From NCBI GenBank assembly GCA_016932555.1, contig JAFGCQ010000016.1:1-57943 (forward strand): DNA of 57,943 nt, in the 5' to 3' direction. The DNA comes from Candidatus Zambryskiibacteriota bacterium (lineage in GTDB: Bacteria; Patescibacteriota; Minisyncoccia; Phycocordibacterales; WO2-35-19). Below the pieces are notes generated by a model. The model ran no database searches and was not told the origin of the DNA. It saw only the letters and a list, made by a program, of their open reading frames with translations. This document shows, piece after piece, positions 16,926 to 25,914 of the stretch. Position 1 is the first letter of the stretch. The number at the start of each line of letters is the position of its first letter. Made by a program: the position numbers and the translations under genes.

Positions 16926-16930
16926 AGACT

Positions 16931-17617
16931 TTATTTCTTCTTAGCAAAAAGATAGTAACCTGTATTGATTATAGAACCATCTATTTTGATAGTTTTTTTA
17001 ATATTTCCATATTCTTCAATAATAAGAAAATTTGCATGATTAAAGATCCAAGCTAAAAAAAGTAAAAGTAATTTAGAAATTTTATTTAAATGTAAAGACG
17101 TTTGAAAAACTATACGCTGTATTAAAACACCTATAGCGGAAAAAGTTTCCGTTTCAGGTTTCAATTCAATTATTTCCCAATCTTCAAATAGTTTTTTCAT
17201 CCCAAACAAAGTAAAACGAAAATAATCATGCGGAATATCATGCATTGGATATATAAATCTTGTGGTTAAAATCAGTTTACCACCTTTTTTTAAAACTCTT
17301 TTCATTTCATTTATCGCCACTTTTGGTTCATCAATATGTTCAAGAACTTCTGTACATAAAATCATTTCAAACTCCTCATCTCTAAATGGTAGTTTTTTTG
17401 CATCTGCCACAATATCCGGTTTTCTATTTGGATCAATATCGACAGCAATACGATTTGGGAAAAATTTATCATATCCAGAACCTCCTGAGCCAATATCTAA
17501 AACTCTTTTATCAGATGCATGATTTTTTAAAAATTTTTCTAGATTTCTTCTAGTTATTTTTTGAAACATAGATTTTGTTTTATAATAGAAAGGATATTTT
17601 CTGATCTTTTTTGCCAA
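16931..17617 (-). CDS. Class I SAM-dependent methyltransferase (Methyltransf_11-like)
   Basis: 'VLDIGSGGSG', 'ILCTEVLEHIDEP' and 'LKKGGKLILTT'. The track start is TTG; an ATG alternative lies at 17569. Confidence 0.8.
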   Translation of the reverse strand: MAKKIRKYPFYYKTKSMFQKITRRNLEKFLKNHASDKRVLDIGSGGSGYDKFFPNRIAVDIDPNRKPDIVADAKKLPFRDEEFEMILCTEVLEHIDEPKVAINEMKRVLKKGGKLILTTRFIYPMHDIPHDYFRFTLFGMKKLFEDWEIIELKPETETFSAIGVLIQRIVFQTSLHLNKISKLLLLFLAWIFNHANFLIIEEYGNIKKTIKIDGSIINTGYYLFAKKK

Positions 17618-18705
17618 GAATATTTTTGAACCTTTTGATAAGCGTTTTCAGCCATTTTAACTGCTAAAGCTTCATTTGACAATATTTTGTTTATAGCAGT
17701 AGCAAAAGAGATCGAGTCGTCAGATTTCGCAAATACACATTCTTCCTCGCTAACTACCTCTCTCATGGAAGGCAAATCGGAGACTATAATTGGTCGTTTA
17801 ACAGCCATATATTCCAAAAGTTTCAGAGGCGAGGTAAAATAAGCAGAAGTTTGACTTTTAGCCGAATTCGGAGAAACTAGCACATCTGCCGCTTTAAGAT
17901 ATATAGGTATCATTTTTCTTTCAACGAAAGGAATGACTTTTATGTTTTTAACATCGTTATATTTAGTATTAAAAATACCAAGCTCTGGCTCTGTGCCACC
18001 TATAAAAACAAAAAGATGTTCTGGCAATAATTTTGCTGTTTCCGCTAAGGTGTCTATTCCTTTCCAACCGTAAAATTGACCGCTATATAAAATTATTTTT
18101 TTATCCAAAGGTAAATTTACTTTCTCTCTAGATTTATTTTGACTTACATCAATATCAAAATCATCAATATCAACACCACTTGGAGATATGTAAATTTTTC
18201 TTTTATCAACACCAAATTTTATTAACTCACTTTTCAAATTTTCGTTTAAGACAAAAAATAATTTTGGCTTTTTTATCGCTTTTTTAAACAAAAAAGAGAA
18301 TTTTGGTATTTCATGCAATTCCAGACAAATAAATTTATTTTTGGAAAACAACAACAATATTTTATAATCACGAGTATATATAACATTATCTGATCCAATC
18401 AATTTTTTCTGCTTAAAGAAAAAAGAAATGAAAAAAGAGATAAAATCAATAGGATAAAAAAGTTTGCTAAATTTTGTTGTTTTACCAATTAAATCTAAGG
18501 AATTTATTTTGGTAATAGTGAAATTTTTATCCAACCCGTAATATGAAAACGGCTCATATTCTGTTTCTTCATTCTTCTTGTTCGGCACTATTAATTCAAC
18601 GTCCGTTCCAGTCCTACTAAACTCTTCGCACATTTTCATAATAGCGTAACCGTGCGCTCGAGAAGTTGGTATTCTTACATTCGTAATGTATTTTAGTTTC
18701 AACAC
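17554..18705 (-). CDS. Glycosyltransferase family 4 (GT-B)
   Basis: 383-aa ORF (GTG start). N-terminal 'YITNVRIPTSRAHG', and C-terminal 'SPLKLLEYMAVKRPIIVSD' (EX7E-like region). Confidence 0.8.
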   Translation of the reverse strand: MLKLKYITNVRIPTSRAHGYAIMKMCEEFSRTGTDVELIVPNKKNEETEYEPFSYYGLDKNFTITKINSLDLIGKTTKFSKLFYPIDFISFFISFFFKQKKLIGSDNVIYTRDYKILLLFSKNKFICLELHEIPKFSFLFKKAIKKPKLFFVLNENLKSELIKFGVDKRKIYISPSGVDIDDFDIDVSQNKSREKVNLPLDKKIILYSGQFYGWKGIDTLAETAKLLPEHLFVFIGGTEPELGIFNTKYNDVKNIKVIPFVERKMIPIYLKAADVLVSPNSAKSQTSAYFTSPLKLLEYMAVKRPIIVSDLPSMREVVSEEECVFAKSDDSISFATAINKILSNEALAVKMAENAYQKVQKYSWQKRSENILSIIKQNLCFKK

Positions 18706-18714
18706 AATATAAAA

Positions 18715-19704
18715 TCAAAGATTTTCGTACCAATCAAAAGTTTTTCTCAATCCATTTTTTAGACTTGTCTTAGTTTTCCACCCTACTATCTTTTCTATTT
18801 TCGATACATCTGGCAATCTTCTATCAACACTGCCTGGTAGGGGTGGTTTTTCAATAATCTTTTTGGGTTTCCATTTACCTATCTCAAATAAATTTTCAGC
18901 AAGCTCTTTTATTGAAGTTTCTTTAGAGCTACCAATATGGAACAAATCCACATTTTTATTATCAAAAATACTTTCTCTCCTCATCAACAAAACCATTGCT
19001 TCAACAGCATCAGAGATATAACAAAAAGATCGAGTCTGTTTAGGGCTATAAAGTTCAAATGGGTCCATTTTTTTAATTATTTTAAGAGAAAGAGCTGGAA
19101 TAACATGATCTTCTCCCGCCCTGGGACCATAAAAATTATGGGGTCTTACAATAATAGAGGGTATGTGGTATTGATTAGCGTAATGAACAACAAATATTTC
19201 ACCAATTAATTTACTACCACCATAAGACCACCTAGGATTAAAAGGATCATTTACAATTAATGGAACATCTTCTGGGGTAGGGATGGGTAACTGTTTGAAA
19301 GTCTCAAGCGCCCCAGCATAAGCTTCATTTGACGAAGTGAACAAAAATTTTGGCTTTACTGGAAAATTTTTTATCCATTCTAAAATATTTATAAGAGTTA
19401 ATGTGTTTACTCTTAAAACTTCATGTGGAATCTCATAAAAATATCTTGTGCCATTTATTGCCGCCAAATGGTAAATATGATCAAAATTATTTGATAGACT
19501 TTTATAAAAATCCAAATCAGTCAAATCGCCTTGTATAAATTTGATTCTTTTATTTGAGACTATAGACGAAAAATTTTCATCCAGTTTCCCGCGTTGGAGA
19601 TTATCGATAACAAAAATTTCTGAATTTTTATCATCTTCAAGTAGTTTTTTGATAAGATGGTATCCTATAAACCCCGCTCCTCCGGTAACAAGTATTTTTT
19701 TCAT
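18715..19704 (-). CDS. NAD-dependent NDP-sugar epimerase/dehydratase (UDP-glucuronate decarboxylase-like SDR)
   Basis: 'MKKILVTGGAGFIGYHL', catalytic 'YGGSKLIGE' (YxxxK), 329 aa. Confidence 0.8.
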   Translation of the reverse strand: MKKILVTGGAGFIGYHLIKKLLEDDKNSEIFVIDNLQRGKLDENFSSIVSNKRIKFIQGDLTDLDFYKSLSNNFDHIYHLAAINGTRYFYEIPHEVLRVNTLTLINILEWIKNFPVKPKFLFTSSNEAYAGALETFKQLPIPTPEDVPLIVNDPFNPRWSYGGSKLIGEIFVVHYANQYHIPSIIVRPHNFYGPRAGEDHVIPALSLKIIKKMDPFELYSPKQTRSFCYISDAVEAMVLLMRRESIFDNKNVDLFHIGSSKETSIKELAENLFEIGKWKPKKIIEKPPLPGSVDRRLPDVSKIEKIVGWKTKTSLKNGLRKTFDWYENL

Positions 19705-19706
19705 AT

Positions 19707-20651
19707 TTATATTTCTTTTTTACCGGTGACAATGTATTTCAAATTACGACCAATAGCCTTCACCAAAGCTCTAAGAGCTATCTTGCCGGAAACATCTGAT
19801 TTTTCCCACTCAGAAAACCATTCTTTCACCACATCATTATTTTTATGCATTTCTATGTGAATATCATTAGAATCTATGATGGCTTTGAATAATTTATCAC
19901 CACTGTTATTTTTTGAAGCCACCCCCCAAAATGCTAGAGTATCTTTAGGTAAACAGTGACCACCAAAACCTCTACCGTAACGTAAATAAGATTTACCACC
20001 AAAAATAAAGTCTATGATTTTTTCAATAGATTTTACATCTCTATGATTTCTCGGTATTTTTATGGCATTACCAAATTCGTTAACGAATGCAATACGAAGA
20101 GAATTCCAAATATTGGAAAGATATTTAATATAAGAAGCTTCTTCAGGAGTACCTTCAAAAATTTTATAAGAAGCCTTACTCCATTTTTGCAAAAAAACCG
20201 GCACCGGTTTAGTCTTTCTATCACCAATTACAAAATAATGGGGTTTGGAACATTCTTCAACTGCTTTTATTTCATGCAAAAATTCTGGTACATAAAAATC
20301 AAATTTTAAATCTTTAAGAGAAGACGGTAATATTGTTGACCTTAAAATAACAGTGCCATTTGCTTTAGCCAAAGAGTCCAAAGCTTTTTTTATATTAGTT
20401 AGATCTTGATCTCCTGAAGGTAAAACCTTATCACCCACACAAACTAAATATACGGTGTCATCAGAATCTACTTCAAGCGGATTTTTTAGAGCCTTTAAAT
20501 TATTATAATACTTAGCGTAAGATTCTTTGTAATGAAAATCTGGATTTTGAGGATCAAAATAATAAACATCCTCCCCCATCATAGAAAGAGCCAGAGCATT
20601 AGCTTGTCCCACCCATCCGAAACCTATTACCACAACTTTCATTTTACGCAT
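19707..20651 (-). CDS. UDP-glucose/GDP-mannose dehydrogenase family protein, short form
   Basis: 'MKVVVIGFGWVGQ' Rossmann motif and catalytic-Cys motif 'GGHCLPKD'. At only 314 aa it appears to lack the C-terminal UDP-sugar-binding domain. Confidence 0.65.
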   Translation of the reverse strand: MRKMKVVVIGFGWVGQANALALSMMGEDVYYFDPQNPDFHYKESYAKYYNNLKALKNPLEVDSDDTVYLVCVGDKVLPSGDQDLTNIKKALDSLAKANGTVILRSTILPSSLKDLKFDFYVPEFLHEIKAVEECSKPHYFVIGDRKTKPVPVFLQKWSKASYKIFEGTPEEASYIKYLSNIWNSLRIAFVNEFGNAIKIPRNHRDVKSIEKIIDFIFGGKSYLRYGRGFGGHCLPKDTLAFWGVASKNNSGDKLFKAIIDSNDIHIEMHKNNDVVKEWFSEWEKSDVSGKIALRALVKAIGRNLKYIVTGKKEI

Positions 20652-20691
20652 TATATTAAATTTTTAACAAATTACAATGTTGTTTATAAAT

Positions 20692-21273
20692 CTAAATTGA
20701 TAAATCAGATTTTCTTCCATAAGCAAAAATATAACTTCGACCAGGAAAACGTTCTGATCTTATCATTTCAACTGTAAATCCCCATTCTTTAAAATCCTTA
20801 GTGTTAAATTCCCATATATGCTCTGGGTCGTTATATTCCATTATTGCTGTAGATAAAATTAATTTTCCATTAGGTTTGCAAATTCTCAGCATTTCCTTAA
20901 GTAAAATTATTGGATTCTCCATATGTTCTATGATTTCTCCAGCTACAACTACATCAAAACAATCATCACGAAATAAAGTATTTTGTGCATCACCTTCAAT
21001 ATAATTGATTGCAGGGAATTTTTGACGATTATATTTGAGAGTTTCTGGTGAATAATCTAGGCCCCAACTTTCTTTAAATCTGCGACGCACTATATCTAAA
21101 AAAGGTGCTTTACCACAACCCAGATCTATTATTCTTTCGCCATTACCTGCTATCTCAAAATATTTTTCATGCCTTAAACCAAATTCTTCTGTTGTAGGAT
21201 GAACATTCCAGTAATCGGGTGTGTTAATATTTTTTTTGTTAATTCTTTTCATTTTTTGCAACATCCAGAACAT
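20692..21273 (-). CDS. Class I SAM-dependent methyltransferase
   Basis: 'IIDLGCGKAPF', 'VVVAGEIIEHMENP' and 'CKPNGKLILST'. Confidence 0.8.
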   Translation of the reverse strand: MFWMLQKMKRINKKNINTPDYWNVHPTTEEFGLRHEKYFEIAGNGERIIDLGCGKAPFLDIVRRRFKESWGLDYSPETLKYNRQKFPAINYIEGDAQNTLFRDDCFDVVVAGEIIEHMENPIILLKEMLRICKPNGKLILSTAIMEYNDPEHIWEFNTKDFKEWGFTVEMIRSERFPGRSYIFAYGRKSDLSI

Positions 21274-22336
21274 TTTTAATTATGTAATCTTGTTCTTTTG
21301 GTGATAAATCATATGTTGGTAAGGTTATAGTCTCTCTTCCAAGTTTTTCGGCTATAGGAAGCTTTACTTTCATAAGTTTTTTATAATAAGGTTCTAAATG
21401 AATCGGATCATAATGTATTGAAGTTTCAATACCTCTCTTAGCCAATTCTGAGCGTATATGATCTCTGTTTTTAACCCAAATAATAAACATATGGCCAGCA
21501 TGGATAGAATTAATAATGGGTTTTTGAAATTTTATTTTACCAGCGAAAGCTTTCTGATATCTCTCCATAACTTTTTGTCTTTTAGCATGAGATTTATCTA
21601 TTCTTTGTAATTGATCTATTAATAAAGCAGCTTGAAAATCAGTAGAATCATATTTATAACCAAAATCAACCATAACCCTTTTATCATTACCAATATTTTT
21701 ATTTTTCTTTCCTATTCCATCTTTCATTAGGAGCAAACTTTTATTTCTATCCTTACAATATATCGCCCCCCCTTGACCACAGGTTATATTTTTAGCCGCA
21801 TGAAAACTAAAGCAAGTTGAGAAACTTAATTGACCTGGTCTTATTTCGTCGCGAGATGATTCTAGAGCATGAGCTGCATCTTCGATAATTTTTAATTTGT
21901 ATTTATCAGCTATTTTTTTTAATTTTCTCATATCAACCATTTGTCCATATAGATGAACAACTATTATAGCCTTCGTTTTTTTTGTTATTCTTTCTTCTAT
22001 TTTGTCCAAATCTAAAAGTCCAGTATCAAGTTCAACATCAACAAAAATTGGTTTGGCTCCACAATATAAAATAACATTACTTGTTGAAACCCAAGATAAA
22101 GGAGTAGTGATAACTTCATCACCTTCTTTAATTCCCGCTAGAATAAGAGAGAGATGCAAAGCAGCGGTAGCACTATATAAAAAACATGGAGCCGGGCTTA
22201 CTCCAAGATATTTACCAAGATTTTCCTCAAACTTCTCAGTATATTTACCACGAGAAAGCCATCCAGATTTGACAGAACGAATCATATTATTAATATCTCG
22301 CTGGTTTATATTTGGTTTTAAAAATGGAATTTTCAT
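21239..22336 (-). CDS. DegT/DnrJ/EryC1/StrS-family PLP-dependent sugar aminotransferase
   Basis: 365 aa. 'FLKPNI...V..SGWLS.G.....FE' at the N-terminus, 'IIEDAAHALES', and the Lys motif 'SFHAAKNITCGQGGA'. Confidence 0.85.
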   Translation of the reverse strand: MKIPFLKPNINQRDINNMIRSVKSGWLSRGKYTEKFEENLGKYLGVSPAPCFLYSATAALHLSLILAGIKEGDEVITTPLSWVSTSNVILYCGAKPIFVDVELDTGLLDLDKIEERITKKTKAIIVVHLYGQMVDMRKLKKIADKYKLKIIEDAAHALESSRDEIRPGQLSFSTCFSFHAAKNITCGQGGAIYCKDRNKSLLLMKDGIGKKNKNIGNDKRVMVDFGYKYDSTDFQAALLIDQLQRIDKSHAKRQKVMERYQKAFAGKIKFQKPIINSIHAGHMFIIWVKNRDHIRSELAKRGIETSIHYDPIHLEPYYKKLMKVKLPIAEKLGRETITLPTYDLSPKEQDYIIKNVLDVAKNEKN

Positions 22337-22340
22337 AATT

Positions 22341-22397
22341 TTAAAAATAAAATAATACGTCTGTCGTCTTAGACTGAAATTGTTTAAGACGACAGAC
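22341..22397 (-). terminator. Strong rho-independent terminator after rSAM-1
   Basis: A perfect 13-bp stem, 'gtctgtcgtctta' (22359-22371) pairing with 'taagacgacagac' (22385-22397). On the minus strand it is followed by 'gtattattttattttt'. Confidence 0.7.
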
Positions 22398-22401
22398 TAT
22401 A

Positions 22402-23652
22402 TTAATCAGGTTTTGGTCCCCAATAGCTGGTCACTCCACCTATACCTCTTCTCAAACTCTTTTGGATTTTTCCTTTTAATTTAAGAATCTCATTAGAATC
22501 GAGATGCGAGGTGCTGACAGCACAATCTCCATATTGCGCTTCCCCAGAAAACCAGATTTCTCTAAGTTTTTTTTCATCCCAATTTATATCATACTCTTCT
22601 TTGTGATTATAAATTGGAGAACCGGGGTAAGGAGCAAAAATAGAAAAATCAAAATTGTCAGGCTGATTTTTTTCCAACCACTTACGGCTTTTTTCTACCG
22701 ACTCGCAACTTTCTCCAGGTAAACCAATGATAAAATAGGTTTTGACTCTAAGCCCTATTTTTTTACAAAGGTTTACAAATTCAGTATCCTGTTCAACGGT
22801 TGTGTTTTTTTTGATGATTTTTTTTATAAGAGGGTCCGCTGTCTCCACACCTATAGCTACTTCAGCACAACCAGTATGCTTTAACATTTCCAGATCTTTT
22901 TCGTTAGCGAGATTAGTTCTAGTCATGCATCGATATGGCATACCCAATTTTTTAAAACCCTTAAAAATTTCCTCGTCTCTTTTTTTATTAAGAAGAACAT
23001 CATCATCATATATTGCTATTGATTTGATATTGTAATTCTCTTTTAAAAAAAGAGCTTCCGAAAGAACATTCTCGACAGTCCTAAATCGCAATGGGCTTTT
23101 GCCAAATTCTTGCTTAGCGCAAAAACCACATTTGTAAGGACAATTGCCGCGTTTTGTCATGATATTGATACATCTTTTTCCCTCCAGATAATAACCATAT
23201 CGGTTGATATCAATGGCCTTCCAATCAGGAAAAAAGTTTGGATCAATTTTATCAAAACCATTAGGTTGATAACATTTTTTTACATTGGGGAAAGATTTGA
23301 CTATTTCAAGTATTGAAGTCTCGCCTTCTCCACGAACAACAACATCAAAATCACTACAAAGTTGCGGGCTATGAGTAGGAAACGGCCCCCCTATAACAAA
23401 CAAAGAGTGGGGGTTTGTTTTTTTGAGGTCCTTTTTTATCTTTGCAACTTCCTTAAATTGAGTAATTTGGCAGCTAAAAGCAAAAATATCTGCTTTAATA
23501 TCAGGCATTTTTATTCCACCGGTCAAATCATAAAAATCCGATTTGTAACCATTTTTCTTTAAAAAGGCTGATATATACAACAAGCCAAGACTCGGAAAAG
23601 CCAAAGGATAAGACAAATAAGGACTATCCGGTTGAATTAGAGCTATTTTCAT
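22402..23652 (-). CDS. B12-binding-domain radical SAM protein (class B rSAM), paralog 1
   Basis: The track ORF extends to 23685 via a TTG. The ATG at 23652 has the SD 'aaGGAGaaaaattgATG'. N-terminal 'IALIQPDSPY...PSLGLLYISAFLKKNG' (B12-type domain), and the cluster motif 'CPYKCGFC'. Confidence 0.8.
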   Translation of the reverse strand: MKIALIQPDSPYLSYPLAFPSLGLLYISAFLKKNGYKSDFYDLTGGIKMPDIKADIFAFSCQITQFKEVAKIKKDLKKTNPHSLFVIGGPFPTHSPQLCSDFDVVVRGEGETSILEIVKSFPNVKKCYQPNGFDKIDPNFFPDWKAIDINRYGYYLEGKRCINIMTKRGNCPYKCGFCAKQEFGKSPLRFRTVENVLSEALFLKENYNIKSIAIYDDDVLLNKKRDEEIFKGFKKLGMPYRCMTRTNLANEKDLEMLKHTGCAEVAIGVETADPLIKKIIKKNTTVEQDTEFVNLCKKIGLRVKTYFIIGLPGESCESVEKSRKWLEKNQPDNFDFSIFAPYPGSPIYNHKEEYDINWDEKKLREIWFSGEAQYGDCAVSTSHLDSNEILKLKGKIQKSLRRGIGGVTSYWGPKPD

Positions 23653-23748
23653 CAATTTTTCTCCTTTTTTATCTATAATTTCCAAAGATCACTCCACTGA
23701 CAGAATAAACCTAAAATCATAATAAATCAATACCTATGAAATGCCCCA

Positions 23749-25026
23749 TTAATGTTTAACATTATTTATTATTTCCAAAAATTCGTTAGATATTTGATTT
23801 ATATCAAAAACTTCTTTAGCTCTTTTTAGACTGTTTTTACCAAATTGCTCTCTTTTTTCTTCTGAAATATTTGACATTTTTTCTATAGCCTTACTTAAAG
23901 AATTTATATCATTTAAAGGAACTCTGTAACCGTTAAAATCTTCTATAACTGATTCAGGTAATCCACCAAAATCAAAAATAATAGCGGGCAAGCTAGAAGC
24001 TAATCCTTCCGTAAGAGCCATACCTAAGCAAGCCCTGACAGTGTTTGAGGCATCAACATAAACATCTGACGCTTTATAAAGTTTTATCAAATCGCTTTCA
24101 GAAAGTTTTTGAAATATAAAAAGTTTATCTTCAATTCCTTCTTTTTTAGCCAATTCAATCCACTCATCTGGTTGCCCAGCTCCACATAAGGCTATCCCGA
24201 ATTTTTGCTTATTTTGCTTTATAAGTCTAGCAACAGCTTTAATGACATAGTCATGACCTTTTCTAGAATTAAAAGCACCTACTGAAACCACTAAAAATAT
24301 ATCTGTCGGTATTTTCAGTTGATTTCTAACTTCTTCTTTACTAATTTCTTTTAGACCCTCAATATACTTAGAAACTTCTAAAGCGGTGCCATAGATTATT
24401 TTAACTTTTCTGCCTAAATATTCTTTCGGACCAAGGGCACAATATTTACTGGCTGCCACAATTTCATCTGCCATGCCCAAAAAATTTCTCCAATAACTTT
24501 CTATTTTCTTGGCATTATTACTAAAAAATCTATTAGGAGCCATGGTTAAATCATGAACTTCAGCGTAAGTTTTTATTATAATAGGTACTTTTCGCCATTT
24601 AGCTAAAAGAGTTGCCATAAAGCTTTTTACTAAAGCAGTTTCTGCTACTATTACGTCTGGTTTAAAATCGTTTATCACTCTATCTAAGAAAACCCCATAA
24701 GCCGCATAAATAATGCCTTCCTTTTTTATAAAACTATGAAATTGCTTGTATTTAATAGCCAGCCGAAAATATAAAATCGGGTTGAAGAAAAAGTATTTGA
24801 TAAGAAAAAATAATCGATCAATCTTCTTGGGCTTAGAATTAAATTCCCAATAATATTTAGCTACAGCACCAAGATCATCTTGATTTTTGTGTTTGTATGT
24901 AAAAGTCAGCGCTACCTTATGTCCTTTTTCTTTCCATTTTCCAGCCCACATGAGAGCGATTTTAGGTATACCGCCATAAGGAGGAGGGATACTTTCCCCA
25001 ACGGCACCAGTGACTAATATTTTCAT
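23749..25026 (-). CDS. Glycosyltransferase family 4 (GT-B)
   Basis: 425 aa. 'MKILVTGAVGESIPPPYGGIPK', and C-terminal 'ALTEGLASSLPAIIFDFGGLPE'. Confidence 0.75.
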   Translation of the reverse strand: MKILVTGAVGESIPPPYGGIPKIALMWAGKWKEKGHKVALTFTYKHKNQDDLGAVAKYYWEFNSKPKKIDRLFFLIKYFFFNPILYFRLAIKYKQFHSFIKKEGIIYAAYGVFLDRVINDFKPDVIVAETALVKSFMATLLAKWRKVPIIIKTYAEVHDLTMAPNRFFSNNAKKIESYWRNFLGMADEIVAASKYCALGPKEYLGRKVKIIYGTALEVSKYIEGLKEISKEEVRNQLKIPTDIFLVVSVGAFNSRKGHDYVIKAVARLIKQNKQKFGIALCGAGQPDEWIELAKKEGIEDKLFIFQKLSESDLIKLYKASDVYVDASNTVRACLGMALTEGLASSLPAIIFDFGGLPESVIEDFNGYRVPLNDINSLSKAIEKMSNISEEKREQFGKNSLKRAKEVFDINQISNEFLEIINNVKH

Positions 25027-25100
25027 ATCATTCTAGAATAACTAAAAATTTTCGTTTTATCAAACAAGCCAGATTGCCAATAATCAAAAAGGAGGTGAGT

Positions 25101-25160
25101 ATGCGTAGATATTTTCATCATGTATTGATAAGTTTCCAATCGGACGCCTCTGAAGAATGA
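25101..25160 (+). CDS. 19-codon sORF (MRRYFHHVLISFQSDASEE) with a near-consensus Shine-Dalgarno
   Basis: 'aaAAGGAGGTGAgtATG' read directly. The TGA stop is followed 8 nt later by a terminator hairpin. No homology is claimed. Confidence 0.3.
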   Translation: MRRYFHHVLISFQSDASEE

Positions 25161-25168
25161 ATGAATAA

Positions 25169-25204
25169 AAAAGGCGAGTGAATATATCCACCCGCCTTTT
25201 ATCA
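25169..25204. terminator. Bidirectional intrinsic-terminator-like hairpin between the sORF and the HD gene
   Basis: 'aaaaGGCGaGTGaatatatcCACcCGCCtttt'. The arms are 12 bp with one mismatch. T-runs occur on both strands (TTTTAT on plus, TTTTTT on minus). Confidence 0.5.
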
Positions 25205-25224
25205 TATATATCAAGTGTGATATT

Positions 25225-25911
25225 ATGCATATCATGTTAGATCATTATGAATTAAAAGAAAAAAACATTAAATTCATTGAAGAAATAAATAGAATTCACA
25301 ATGAAGGTCACACCAAAGATTTGGGATTTGGGCATGATATTATGCATAGCGAAATGACCGCTTGTTACGCACTTGTAATCGGTGAATCAGAAATAGATAA
25401 GCTCAAGGGCTGGTATGCCTCTATGCTACACAGCCTGGATAGAGTATTGGAAGATGAGTCAAAATTATCGGAGATTTTAAAAGAATTACTAAGTTATACA
25501 GAATTTAATTTAAAAGATAAACCGAGAGAAAATGAAGAAATTTGCAAAGCGGTGCTTGACCACGAATTGCCAAACAATAATAAGGATTCTGTAACCAAAA
25601 TTATACTTCAGGATGCAGACCGACTAGCAAATATAAGTCCGGCTATAATAATAAGAGCCGGTCAATTTAGGTATAATATTCCGACTTTTGAACTTGACTA
25701 TCTTGATTTTGATAAAAATCCGGAAAGCACATATCATAAGCCTAAATCATCGTTGGATGATCTCAGAAGCTTATTAGAATGGGAAAAAGATCCTAAATAT
25801 TGCTTACGGCTGCCGAGGGCAAAAGAATTGGGCACAAAATATTTTGAATATATAAAAGAATTTATAAATAGATTAAGAACCAGTTTAGAAGAAATTGGCT
25901 TAAAAAAATAA
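25225..25911 (+). CDS. HD-domain metal-dependent phosphohydrolase-like protein
   Basis: 228 aa. 'H....GFGHDIMH' (H...HD) and 'LQDADRLANI' (DADRL) follow the HD-superfamily pattern. Confidence 0.5.
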   Translation: MHIMLDHYELKEKNIKFIEEINRIHNEGHTKDLGFGHDIMHSEMTACYALVIGESEIDKLKGWYASMLHSLDRVLEDESKLSEILKELLSYTEFNLKDKPRENEEICKAVLDHELPNNNKDSVTKIILQDADRLANISPAIIIRAGQFRYNIPTFELDYLDFDKNPESTYHKPKSSLDDLRSLLEWEKDPKYCLRLPRAKELGTKYFEYIKEFINRLRTSLEEIGLKK

Positions 25912-25914
25912 AAT

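Noticed and set aside
25023-25235. A 70-aa minus-strand ORF with an ATGA overlap to the GT4 start. It could be a small upstream membrane protein.
   Set aside because: It spans the divergent promoter region, runs through the bidirectional terminator hairpin and overlaps the HD gene start. There is no homology signal. I consider it unlikely but not excluded.
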